Notes under the pieces: generated by a model
Databases searched by the model: none
What the model was told of the DNA's origin: nothing
What the model saw: only the letters and a program-made list of their open reading frames with translations
Shown: one piece after another, positions 47,101 through 56,404 of the stretch
Layout: every line of letters starts with the position of its first letter
Position numbering within the stretch: the stretch's first letter is position 1
NCBI GenBank assembly: GCA_032128875.1
Contig: JAVLKG010000010.1
Coordinates: 128,001-192,000 of the forward strand
Length of the DNA stretch: 64,000 nucleotides
Source of the DNA: Candidatus Melainabacteria bacterium 17Bon1m
GTDB taxonomy: Bacteria > Cyanobacteriota > Vampirovibrionia > Obscuribacterales > Obscuribacteraceae
Reading direction: 5' to 3'
Translations under genes and position numbers: made by a program

Positions 47101-50100
47101 TGGTGTGCCGTCCGGATTGACGTAAGTGATTCTCGTGTTGCCACTAGAAGCTTGAGCTGCGGTCTCTGGATCAGCCATTATGACTGTAGTTCCGCCTTGC
47201 GGTGGCGTGTAGCCGGCAGGCACAACAAACTGGATTTCAAAGTCGCCGGCCGGAGTTTTGACACCAGCACCAAGACGAATTACAAGAGTTGAATCGGATG
47301 TTCCTTGCGGTGCACTACCAAGTTCAATTCTGAACGTGCCACCAGCTTGCGAACCGCTGCCAGAGCCGACGTTGAGTACAGGCGAGTCGCCAGGATTAAA
47401 TGTATAAGTTGGCTTTCCTGTCGTATCCGCAGCTACGGACCAAGTGCTTCCGCCGGATTTGGTGCCCGAATCAACAGGCAACGCGATAGGCGGTTTTACC
47501 TGAGAAGGATCGTAGACGAAACCATCGTTGGTTTGAGTGTATGTCTTGCCCGCTTCACCAGGAGCATATGTCGTGACGGAGATGACCTTGCCGGTCTGCG
47601 GATCATTGACAGTGCTGACCAACATACCAGTCTTCGTGTTGAACGCGATTGTTGTGACAACCCCGCCATTATTGTCTGTGGCAGTGGCGACAATTGTGCC
47701 GCTCTTGTCTGTCGTGACGGAATAGGTCGGTTGAGATGCGGAACTACTCGAACCCGCTGATACAGGTGCAGTCGTAACAACTTTGATGTTCGGATCGTTT
47801 GTTGGCGTTTGAACCTTCGACGGCTCTGATGTTGTTGGTTTTGTATTAGTAGGATCAGCCGTGCCAGTGCTTGCCTGTTTGGGAGCATTCGGATCAGCGC
47901 TAGCTGCCGCAGGCAATTGCTTAACTCCGGTCGGATCTGCAGTGGTGCTTGTGTTTTGTTTTTGCTCTTGAGTGCCACTAGAAGTGGTGCCGGCAGCAGG
48001 CTTACCTGACGGATCGCTGGTGACGGCTCCCGTGCCTGCAACAACCTTGCTTGGGTCGATAGAGACCGAAACACCCGTCTTCGGATCGGTGATAGTAACG
48101 GCGCCAGTCTTCGGATCCGCGGTGACAACAGGACCGGTCTTCGGATCTGTGGCAACGGGCGTACCAGTCTTCGGATCGGTCGCAACTGGAGAGCCAGTCT
48201 TCGGATCTTGAACTACGCTTCCAGTGTTGGAAGTTCCGCTTGCGGTGGTCGACTTGGCGGGATCTGTAGCTGTTGGTGTTGTCGAAGTCGTCGTTGTCGG
48301 CGACTTGGGATCGATGGAAGTGGTAGTCGTCGACGTTGTAGTAGTTGTCTTCGACGGGTCTTGAGAAACTGGCGAGCTTGTTTTCGGATCGGTTGCGATC
48401 GGTGCACCGGTCTTCGGATCCGTTGCGACTGGGGAGCCAGTCTTCGGATCTGTAGCGACTGGAGAACCAGTTTTCGGATCAGTAGATATGGAACCAGTTG
48501 TGGTGCTCTTCGCGGGGTCTGCGGAAACTGGAGTGCCAGTCTTCGGATCGGTTGCGATTGGTGCACCGGTTTTAGGATCCGTTGCGACTGGAGAGCCAGT
48601 TTTCGGATCGGTGGAAACATTGCCAGGTGTAGTGCTCTTCGCAGGATCAGCGGAAACTGGAGTGCCAGTCTTCGGATCGGTTGCAATCGGTGCACCGGTC
48701 TTTGGATCTGTCGCGACTGGAGTTCCAGTCTTCGGATCGTTCGCAACTGGTTGACCCGTCTTCGGATCTGTCGCAACAGGAGTTGTGCTCTTCGCTGGGT
48801 CAGCGGTGGTGGGCGTTCCCGTCTTCGGATCGGTCGCGACTGGTGTTCCAGTTTTTGGATCTGTAGCAACTGGTTGTCCAGTCTTCGGATCAGTAGCGAC
48901 TGGTGTAGCGTTCTTCGCCGGATCTGTTGCAACCGGCTGACCCGTCTTCGGATCGGTCGCGACTGGTGTTCCAGTTTTTGGATCTGTAGCAACTGGTTGT
49001 CCAGTCTTCGGATCGGTCGCGACTGGAGTAGCGCTCTTCGCTGGATCTGTTGCAACCGGCTGACCAGTCTTCGGATCGGTCGCAACTGGAGTTCCAGTTT
49101 TTGGATCTGTAGCAACTGGTTGTCCAGTCTTCGGATCGGTCGCAACTGGAGTTCCAGTTTTCGGATCTGTTGCAACCGGCTGACCCGTCTTCGGATCGGT
49201 AGCCACAACTGCACCAGTCTTCGGATCCGTAGCAACAGGAGCGCCAGTCTTAGGATCTGTTGCCGCTGGAACAGAGCTCTTCGCAGGATCGGCATTGGTT
49301 GTTGTACCGGTCTTCGGATCTGTGGTCACCGGAGCGCCAGTCTTCGGATCTGTCGCGACAACTGCACCAGTCTTCGGATCTGTAGTTACGGCCGTCCCAG
49401 TCTTAGGATCGGTCGCGGTGGCAGTACCAGCCTTCGGATCAGTCGTTACCGCCGCCCCAGTCTTAGGATCTGCTGTGGTGGCAGTACCAGCCTTCGGGTC
49501 TGTTGAAACGACGGCCCCAGTTTTAGGATCAACATGCGTCGTAGCGCTCTTAGGATCAACAGTAGTTGTTGTTCCAGCAGGTGCAGTGCCCTTAGCCAAG
49601 TCAACATTAGAGGTGGTGCCAGCCTTCGGATCGACATTGGTACCGGCGGTAGCAGTACCGCCCTTCGGATCGACATTGGTGCCGGCAGAGGCAGTAGCCT
49701 TAGGATCAGCACTCGTTCCAGTATTTGTGCCGGCCTTCGGATCAACGTTGGTTCCGGCATTTGGGCCAGCCTTCGGATCAACGGTGGTTCCAGCATTTGC
49801 TCCAGCCTTCGGATCAACGGCTGTTCCGGCATTTGCACCGGACTTCGGATCAGCGGCAGTACCTGTATTAGTGCCGTTACCAGTAGTGCCACCAGTGAGT
49901 ATCTTCGAAGGATCGATTGCGACAACACTGCCTGTTCCAGTGCCTGTTTTCAAAGGATCTTGAGTATTACCTGTGGTAGGCGGAACAACGATTTGCCCAC
50001 CCTGTTTAATGACTTCAGTATTAACCGGCACTGACGGATCAGTACGCAGTCCAAGCTGTGCAGCTTTGTCTGGAGGGAGCATCAACGCAAGCTCACCGAC

Positions 50101-53100
50101 CCGATCTTTCGGCATATTAGCGATAATGCCGCGGAGTTGATCAACAGACATGTTCGACAGTTCGTTGTTAGAAAGCGCTTTGCCATCAACAACCGTGATC
50201 TTGCCGTCAGCCGTTGTATAGTTACGCAGTTCGGCCGCCATAATCGGCTTACCTTGGGAATCTACAAGAACTTTACCGTCAGCTGTTGTTGCTTGACCTT
50301 GCGAATTGACACCAGTAATGGTGGCAGTAGTAACCTGGCCCGATGGGTTAAGAGGCATCGCCTTGATGTCTGTCGCACCCTTGATGTCTGTGGCACCCTT
50401 CACATCCGCACCAGTCACCACGTCACGCTGGTGCTCAGTATTGCCCGAGACTACAGGCTGTTTGACTACAACTGGCTCGCGGCGATCGGCTTCAACGACC
50501 GGCGCGCTAGCGGCAACTCTGATGTGTTCGATTTCAGCACGGATGGCTTGTGCTTCTTGCTCGTAGCGACCCGCGGCAGCGTTAACCTGCGTCTTGATGG
50601 TTTCAATTGGAGTCTGCTCTCTCAAAGCGGTATTGGCTTGTTCGAGGCGTTTTTCCGCAGCTACAACTGCTGCTTGCGCGGTTTCCACTTTCTGAGTTGC
50701 AGCAGTTACTGCATCTGACATTGTCTTGAGCTTGGCTTGCTCTGTCTCGAGGCGCGCGGTTGCGGCTTGCAATTTCTCTTCTGCCGCTTTCTTGTCAGCT
50801 AGTTGCTGAGCTGTTGGCTGAGTAGTTTGCTGTTGCTGTTGTTGCTTTTGCTGATCTAACGCGGCTTGGGCATCGGCTTTTGCTTTTTGAGCATCTGCAA
50901 CTTGTTTTGTTTGCTCGGCAAGTTGCTTGTTCGCTTGATCCAGTTTTTGAGCTTCACTGGTCGCCTGGGCCTTGGCAGTTTCAACAGCCCTTTGCTCGAC
51001 CTGACGTTGCGCTTGCAGTGCGTTGTTGTTTGCTTCAGCAACAGCCACTTTGGCTCGCTCGGCGAGCGCCGCATTCTCTTTAGACTCTGCCTGAACTTGC
51101 AGAATCGCTTGTCGGTACGATTCGGCTTGTGCGATTGCTTTCTGTTGCTCGACGGGGTTGGCCAGCTGATCTGCAACTCTTCTTTGTGTTTCTGCCACGA
51201 CACGCAATTCTTCAGCTTTCGCAATTTGCGTGTTGCTTTGAACTTGCAAGGCTTCTTGCCGTGAGCGTTCTGCGTCAGCAATTTTGCGCGTGATTTCAGC
51301 TTGACGCTGCACATCAGCGGTGCTGAGATCGCTTCTGCCTGCCAAAGCGGCAGCGTCGCGTCTCAATGTTTCCAATTGCTGATTGGCTAAAAACTGTTGA
51401 CTGCGAGCAAGGTCGAGACTTACTTGCGACGCTTCTACCTTTTGCTGTTGTTGTTGCAAAACAGTCGCTGCGGCATCTAGCTTAGCAAGATCAGTGTTAG
51501 CAGTCGTGAGTTTCTTAGCAGCTTCAACAGCAGCAGCATCAGCCGCGGCTTTTGCTTGATTACGAGCTTGCTCGAATGTAGGCACATCAGCCTGGGGACC
51601 ACCCGCGCGAACAGGAGTGACCGGTTGCTGATCCGCTGGAACACGTGCCAGTGCTTCTTGTCTGGCTTTAATTGATGCATCGACACCAGCCGGAACTGTC
51701 GCGGCACCATCCTTCTTGACCTCAACGGGCACGATTCCGCTGTTCGGCAGAGGAGTTGCTCCGCGATTGACGACAACTGGCTCGTTGCTCTTTGTGGTAC
51801 CAGCAATAGTGCCATCAGGATTTCTGACGACTGGTCCTTCATTTGTTTTACCGGTGCCAGGATTGAGCACGCCACCACCAAGCGGACCGCCTGCATTCAG
51901 ATTGACTTTCTCTGGCGCGACGACTGTTGGTGGCTTATCAGTGATGGAACCATTCATGTTCAGCTGTCTAGTCGCGCCGCCGGCGCCAGTGGTCGTGATT
52001 TCAGCTTGACCGACTGAGGTGGTGGTGTTGACTGTGATTTTGCCGTTCTGAACAATCGGGTTGGCGATGGATTCTGGGGTTTCAATGCCATTTTTGTAAG
52101 TGCGCGTCGTGAACTTATCGCTGTTCACGTCCTGATGCATAACAGTGGTTTGACCGGTTTTTGCATCATAGACTCTGACGTCAGTACCAGTTGGTCCAAC
52201 GGTTACGTCGCGTTTAACACCATTCACTTCTGCTTGAGAGTAAGTAGTTGTCTTGCCGTCAGCACTGATATGAATGCTCGAATTGTCGGTGTTGAAAATG
52301 GTCTTCTCGTTGTTGGCGTGGTCTATCTTGACCGGCTTGCCATCAGCTCCGACCCAGGTGCGATCGCCATTGGCCGCATTAACCTGCAGGGAGATTTTTT
52401 GATTTTCAGCTCCAGCAACAGCAACCCACTCGCCATTATTGTTGAGCTGAACCTTGCTCCATGTGCCGTCCTTATTCATCTGCATACCTTCGAATCCATT
52501 GGAAACGAAGGTCGGACCTGTTACGCCTTGTGGACGATCAGCAGCTGGTCTGGGATCGTCAAACTTGGTTGGAGTGGCTAAGAGACCAGCTTGAGTGCTG
52601 ATGATCTCGCCCTTTTCATTGCGATTGATAATTCGATCGGGGAAGATGTCCGCGATTGAACCTGTGGGAGCTGAAGTTCTGAACGATTCAGTCGAAGCGC
52701 CTGTGGCTTGTCTGACAGTCCAACTGCCATCTTTAAAGATGCTGACTGCACCTGTTTTCTCATCGACGAGAATAGAATTAGCTTTCTCATCCGTCGCTGT
52801 CCACTTCATGACTGGCAATTGGTTTTCACCAAGCTTCGGCTTGCCGGCCTCATCCAGCTCCATCGTGCCTGTCATTCTTTGCCAGCCGGTTACTTTGCCA
52901 TTCTCGACAGTGGCTTGCCAGCGCTCATTGCCTTTTGTCATGCCAATGATTTGGCCGGAAGAATCACGCTCGATCTGCGTGTAATTGTTGAGCATGTCAC
53001 CAGTATTGGTTCCAACAATTCCGCTCAGCTTACCTTGCTTATCCTTCATCAAGATCGAGCCGTCTAACTGCAATTCTGCAGTTCTTCCATCAACGAGCGT

Positions 53101-56100
53101 CATGCGCGGACGTCCGTTGTCACCGACGTTGAACTCGCCGACCTTCGTCTTCGGATCAAAATTTGCGTCTTTGTAAGCGACGTTGAGTCCATCTTCTTGA
53201 CGGACAAACAACTCCATCGGCTTTCCATTGACTAAGATCGGATTGCCTTGAGCATCTTTGACTGTGACATGCGACATTTCCGGCTTGGTCAGATTATTGT
53301 CTGGACCAGGCATGGTGTATTCGTATGAAATTTTCTTGCCGGATTGATCGATGGAGTCACGCAACACCTGCTGCATGCCGCCATCTTTATCTTTGTATGA
53401 GTCATAGTTGAGTACCATGCCATCGGGCTTGGTTACTCGCATCTTACCGTCACCCAGTTTTTCGATGGTGTCACCACCAATCATCTTTTGGGAGAATGAA
53501 TCTTTAGTTACCGTCAGTGTAAATGACGATTCAACTGGCTTGCCGTCTTTCTTGACAGGCTTGTCGGAGTACTCATCGACCAGGCTCCACTTTTGTCCAT
53601 CTGTTGTTTTCCAAATGCCGCGCTCGTCAGAAAAACGAGAGATGCCGCCAGGTATTTTGTCGTCGTACTCAAAGGTGTTGTAATTGCCAGAACCATCTTG
53701 CAGGCGTTCTACACGACCATAGCGATCAGTACTGATACTTCTGCTTGTGGTGTCATTGTGCGACTCGAGACGAGTAGCTCCGTCGGCCAGATATGTCTCG
53801 TAATGTCCATTTCCTGATATAGCCAGATAGCCGTCGTTAGCGGCAATGACGGACATTCCTGAACGCACAGTTTGTGGCTTAGTTCCTTTGTCCGTACCGG
53901 TCCAATTCTCGCCGTCAGTGGTCGTGTACTGAGAACCGTTTTGGAGCTTGAGCGTGGTTTGCTCGCCGATGACGTTGCCTTCGTCATCAGTGATTGGAGT
54001 GCGTGTGAAGGTATGGATATCACCATTGCCTTGTTTGATTTGCTCGAGCTGACCTTTGCTGTTCGAGATCGTTTCGGATCCATCACCGTTGTAGCGATAG
54101 ACTTGACCAGTAGACGCATCGGTATACTTGAGATTTCCGAGAGCCCAGCTCTTAGTCTGCTCGACATTTACATCTTTTACGACAGCCTTGCCATCGGTAT
54201 ATGTGCCGTCGTCTTGTCGTTTGAACTCACGACCGTCCGGCATCTTGAATGCAGTCAGATTGCCATCTTTGTCATGCGTGTACTCAAAGCGTTCGGCCGG
54301 TGAATCTTTCTTTTCACCGGGAGCATTAACAGCTTTCAAGTAACCATCGGTACCGACTTCAAGGGTGGTTCCGTCGTTGCGCTCAACAAATCGGCTTCCG
54401 TCGAGATGGGAAATGTCGCGCTTTCCGTTGAAATCGGTGAATATGACATCGCCGGTATGTTGGTCAACAGTTACGTTGCCACTGCGTGAATCGTCGGTTT
54501 TGTTGTTGGTCCAAATTCCGTCTTTGTTTGTCCAGGTCTTGCCTTGATAGTCCTTGAACTGAGTCGGGTTGCCATCTTTATCCCACGAGGTGAATTCAGT
54601 AGTCTCGCCTCTGGCATTTGTGACGCGAACGATTTGTCCATTGTCATTGCGTTCGATTGCGCCGGACAAAGTCGGATCTTCAATGCGCTGGGTGCCGTCG
54701 GTAAGCTCAGATACAGTGCCCCATTGTCCATTTTCAAGCTTCGTACTGTAGCTGTATTCGCCTCTGTCATTGACAGAAATCTTGCCGTCCCAGGTAATCG
54801 GCTGCCCTTTGTCATTGAGGACTGGCTTGCCGTCTTTCGTTCTAGTGTATGTACGACCATTGTCGCCTTCCGGCTTGCTCAAGTCGGTAGTCCACGTTCC
54901 TTCGCGGTTCGTGACGCTTTGAACTTCTAGTTTGCCGTCTGTCGTTCTGCCGTAAGTGAAGTCGAAATTCTTGCCGTCGGCCGTTGTGACGTGTGTGACT
55001 TTATCGACCTGGACCTGCTGTCCATTGACCATGTCAATCATTTGCTGGGAAGTGACGACAGAGCCATCAGTATTGCGGCGCTCGGTGACACCGTCTGCGA
55101 CCTTCACGGAATAACTACCGTCGTAGTTAATCTGCGCTTTGCCGTCGGCGCCCAACATCACATTGTCTTCAGGTCGCACCCACTTGCCGTCTACGTTGCG
55201 GTACTCACCAACTTGCTTCGCATCTTTGGCTTGGTGAACGAATATCGAAGAAGCTTCACCGGTCGCTGCATCATAGGTATATGTCGCAAGCGGCTTGTTG
55301 TTGGAGTCGAAGGTTTGAGTCGGACGACCCATCGCGTCGAGTTCTACTCTCGACTTATCGACGTTGACGACTTCACGGCTTCCGTCCTGGCGGACAGTAA
55401 CTTCTCTGCCGCCGGCGCTCGTGTAGGAGACATTACCTGTCGCAGCATCAAAGGTGAGCCTGCTGCCTGAATACTCGATGCCATTTTGGTCGGTGACTTT
55501 GTTGACGACGCCATCTGCGCGAGTGTCGACAGAGTAGCGAACATCGGTTCCTGGCACAGCAGGATATTCCGAGTGAGTCGTTCCGTCTGGTCTGTGAGTG
55601 ACACGAGCACCAGCAACTGCATTGGCGCCGTCACCTTCGAACTTGGTGAAAGTGACCTGACCGGGCTCTGGCTTGTCTGTTTCAATGCGACCGCGCCAGG
55701 TCTGCCCGTTGGCCAACGTGTACTCGTTGTAGGTTTCTCCGTTTTTGCCCACCAAACCTTGCTGGGAGAGCTTCATCGCAGCTTGGTCGCTGGTACCGGT
55801 CTTGAAGGCAGTTATTTCGCCGTCGGCGCCGCGCTCGAATGTGGTCGTGCGACCTTGGGCGTCGACAACTTTGGTCAGCTGCTGAGCATCGTTGCGTTCG
55901 ACCGAGCTTCCAGCAGTCGTACCGGCCGGGGAGGTTTTGTCTGGAGTGAATTTAGCGGGAAACTTCTGATCCGCGGCGGAATCAAACATTTCAGGTGTCG
56001 CACCGAACTGGGTGGGCACCTCAGTTTTGGTTTCCGGCGGCTTTTCCTTCAGGTACTGCAGGGGATCCAGCTGCGTGTCTTTCTCCGGAGCCGGCTTTTT

Positions 56101-56142
56101 AGGCTGCTCATCAACTTCTTTCTGTTTGATTGGCTCAGTCAT
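44179..56142 (-). CDS. Giant repeat protein: YD/RHS-like beta repeats, coiled coil, DPKTG repeats, two LysM-like domains, Zn ribbon, conserved C-tail
   Basis: 3987 aa uninterrupted. YTYDAATG/FEYTHDKDG/FEYDD-type repeats; YLVRPNDTIESIA and YNVRLGDTLRSVA LysM-like starts; CPQC..CPGC; no signal peptide seen. Confidence 0.9.
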   Translation of the reverse strand: MTEPIKQKEVDEQPKKPAPEKDTQLDPLQYLKEKPPETKTEVPTQFGATPEMFDSAADQKFPAKFTPDKTSPAGTTAGSSVERNDAQQLTKVVDAQGRTTTFERGADGEITAFKTGTSDQAAMKLSQQGLVGKNGETYNEYTLANGQTWRGRIETDKPEPGQVTFTKFEGDGANAVAGARVTHRPDGTTHSEYPAVPGTDVRYSVDTRADGVVNKVTDQNGIEYSGSRLTFDAATGNVSYTSAGGREVTVRQDGSREVVNVDKSRVELDAMGRPTQTFDSNNKPLATYTYDAATGEASSIFVHQAKDAKQVGEYRNVDGKWVRPEDNVMLGADGKAQINYDGSYSVKVADGVTERRNTDGSVVTSQQMIDMVNGQQVQVDKVTHVTTADGKNFDFTYGRTTDGKLEVQSVTNREGTWTTDLSKPEGDNGRTYTRTKDGKPVLNDKGQPITWDGKISVNDRGEYSYSTKLENGQWGTVSELTDGTQRIEDPTLSGAIERNDNGQIVRVTNARGETTEFTSWDKDGNPTQFKDYQGKTWTNKDGIWTNNKTDDSRSGNVTVDQHTGDVIFTDFNGKRDISHLDGSRFVERNDGTTLEVGTDGYLKAVNAPGEKKDSPAERFEYTHDKDGNLTAFKMPDGREFKRQDDGTYTDGKAVVKDVNVEQTKSWALGNLKYTDASTGQVYRYNGDGSETISNSKGQLEQIKQGNGDIHTFTRTPITDDEGNVIGEQTTLKLQNGSQYTTTDGENWTGTDKGTKPQTVRSGMSVIAANDGYLAISGNGHYETYLADGATRLESHNDTTSRSISTDRYGRVERLQDGSGNYNTFEYDDKIPGGISRFSDERGIWKTTDGQKWSLVDEYSDKPVKKDGKPVESSFTLTVTKDSFSQKMIGGDTIEKLGDGKMRVTKPDGMVLNYDSYKDKDGGMQQVLRDSIDQSGKKISYEYTMPGPDNNLTKPEMSHVTVKDAQGNPILVNGKPMELFVRQEDGLNVAYKDANFDPKTKVGEFNVGDNGRPRMTLVDGRTAELQLDGSILMKDKQGKLSGIVGTNTGDMLNNYTQIERDSSGQIIGMTKGNERWQATVENGKVTGWQRMTGTMELDEAGKPKLGENQLPVMKWTATDEKANSILVDEKTGAVSIFKDGSWTVRQATGASTESFRTSAPTGSIADIFPDRIINRNEKGEIISTQAGLLATPTKFDDPRPAADRPQGVTGPTFVSNGFEGMQMNKDGTWSKVQLNNNGEWVAVAGAENQKISLQVNAANGDRTWVGADGKPVKIDHANNEKTIFNTDNSSIHISADGKTTTYSQAEVNGVKRDVTVGPTGTDVRVYDAKTGQTTVMHQDVNSDKFTTRTYKNGIETPESIANPIVQNGKITVNTTTSVGQAEITTTGAGGATRQLNMNGSITDKPPTVVAPEKVNLNAGGPLGGGVLNPGTGKTNEGPVVRNPDGTIAGTTKSNEPVVVNRGATPLPNSGIVPVEVKKDGAATVPAGVDASIKARQEALARVPADQQPVTPVRAGGPQADVPTFEQARNQAKAAADAAAVEAAKKLTTANTDLAKLDAAATVLQQQQQKVEASQVSLDLARSQQFLANQQLETLRRDAAALAGRSDLSTADVQRQAEITRKIADAERSRQEALQVQSNTQIAKAEELRVVAETQRRVADQLANPVEQQKAIAQAESYRQAILQVQAESKENAALAERAKVAVAEANNNALQAQRQVEQRAVETAKAQATSEAQKLDQANKQLAEQTKQVADAQKAKADAQAALDQQKQQQQQQTTQPTAQQLADKKAAEEKLQAATARLETEQAKLKTMSDAVTAATQKVETAQAAVVAAEKRLEQANTALREQTPIETIKTQVNAAAGRYEQEAQAIRAEIEHIRVAASAPVVEADRREPVVVKQPVVSGNTEHQRDVVTGADVKGATDIKGATDIKAMPLNPSGQVTTATITGVNSQGQATTADGKVLVDSQGKPIMAAELRNYTTADGKITVVDGKALSNNELSNMSVDQLRGIIANMPKDRVGELALMLPPDKAAQLGLRTDPSVPVNTEVIKQGGQIVVPPTTGNTQDPLKTGTGTGSVVAIDPSKILTGGTTGNGTNTGTAADPKSGANAGTAVDPKAGANAGTTVDPKAGPNAGTNVDPKAGTNTGTSADPKATASAGTNVDPKGGTATAGTNVDPKAGTTSNVDLAKGTAPAGTTTTVDPKSATTHVDPKTGAVVSTDPKAGTATTADPKTGAAVTTDPKAGTATATDPKTGTAVTTDPKTGAVVATDPKTGAPVTTDPKTGTTTNADPAKSSVPAATDPKTGAPVATDPKTGAVVATDPKTGQPVATDPKTGTPVATDPKTGQPVATDPKTGTPVATDPKTGQPVATDPAKSATPVATDPKTGQPVATDPKTGTPVATDPKTGQPVATDPAKNATPVATDPKTGQPVATDPKTGTPVATDPKTGTPTTADPAKSTTPVATDPKTGQPVANDPKTGTPVATDPKTGAPIATDPKTGTPVSADPAKSTTPGNVSTDPKTGSPVATDPKTGAPIATDPKTGTPVSADPAKSTTTGSISTDPKTGSPVATDPKTGSPVATDPKTGAPIATDPKTSSPVSQDPSKTTTTTSTTTTSIDPKSPTTTTSTTPTATDPAKSTTASGTSNTGSVVQDPKTGSPVATDPKTGTPVATDPKTGPVVTADPKTGAVTITDPKTGVSVSIDPSKVVAGTGAVTSDPSGKPAAGTTSSGTQEQKQNTSTTADPTGVKQLPAAASADPNAPKQASTGTADPTNTKPTTSEPSKVQTPTNDPNIKVVTTAPVSAGSSSSASQPTYSVTTDKSGTIVATATDNNGGVVTTIAFNTKTGMLVSTVNDPQTGKVISVTTYAPGEAGKTYTQTNDGFVYDPSQVKPPIALPVDSGTKSGGSTWSVAADTTGKPTYTFNPGDSPVLNVGSGSGSQAGGTFRIELGSAPQGTSDSTLVIRLGAGVKTPAGDFEIQFVVPAGYTPPQGGTTVIMADPETAAQASSGNTRITYVNPDGTPATNVPSGNGSVLWTDLDGHLLPPAQSTGTVEVQPAAGTNGGTQQQPTQTQSGQAPSTTDPFTTVPATGVQYPTNYDGSQQTQQPQYPINIGNGDVNVGIGINPYTGDPTVHVGLGPVRIDFGGGTPTTSVPVVQPNPYTPEYQPPQQTNTGIVPTNSGSYVDPYGAEHWYDPIGQIVRTVTPDGTNVIYNDDGSRLVYGGNSSTPAFVPPVDSGQIYSGTQVPITPPITPPMTDPYVGTVPNYGTPTQPPVNYGDPLNPGGYPNTPINDPYVPSVPNPNAPGNFTPQPTPPLPFEPVAPTSSTPSAPAPAAGSDPLNPVQQTHQQQPQQNPIAAQKQEEPEDIANKLDVNFEPMRPEHAEPKAEPKPIIIDEKEDPKDSSGSLLSDYENRVREHQDVVHYDGAEGLKGRGFENDQNSQVSHAEAIAMAQETQSAINALIQHLSDERQTDYKEAVQAEDRKYADIAEDIRESKEREDDTYRRHAELIADLKEKEMEGYKQRDEAEREKKEKDEENSKKLTDTMLTALANRRENDAITKARQDAFWAEQQKKEEQVRQDNKQTKYLVRPNDTIESIAAKRLRDPKLADLIYQINKDKIEIKMVNGKKVYVVKEGIVLTLPSPRQIREFRQQQRLELFTAQDSSGENVVSIDAKAAADQRRANVEKLLGKIGNAVDTASQKYNVRLGDTLRSVAMKHPQLGDVTLWKLLAEKNGLPTTTDHKGVPTAALRRGTQIVLPTTEEIAQYRDRMRGESITSWSSSKFETASRQCPQCHRLTTTEASSCPGCTYSFNGIGKEVDVEVVNQPLIAASTKTATITSAVPVPRIVQEDVSEASTISLDGGDDDNTVVTGGKANSFNVLSENLDPVERKWVEETILNSLIEKLGENCRVVESTSPDGNSIRTQLEVLTGEVWIPILSYEINENTSVRHEFASDGKQRTMPIDLPASAAQELIHNDLQSNWQEYCRKFLAGKRLTA
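48050..49860 (-). repeat. Intragenic ~30-bp tandem repeat encoding (A/T)TDPKTGxPV
   Basis: About 55 DP(K/AK/SK) units counted in the protein; + strand core CCAGTCTTCGGATC. Confidence 0.95.
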
Positions 56143-56404
56143 TCGCCAGTGAACGTCCGGTGAAGTGGAGAATCTGGATTACTTGGTAAGGGACTCGTGA
56201 TAGCCTGGAAGTGGCTCAATGCTGACTTCTGCAACCGCCGCCGGGCTGATGAGGTCCTTTTGGCTGCGCGTTGTCAATGGTACTCCTATGCAGTAATTAT
56301 TACTGTCGTCTAATTTACATTTGCACCAAAAACACCGTCTTCCAACGCCAAATCAGGCATCGAAAGTGCTTAAATTTTGCTAATATGAAAAATGATTAAA
56401 CCGA

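Noticed and set aside
48050-49860. Regular ~30-bp repeats resembling a CRISPR array
   Set aside because: No unique spacers; variation is mostly at synonymous positions and units stay in frame within the giant CDS; no cas genes.
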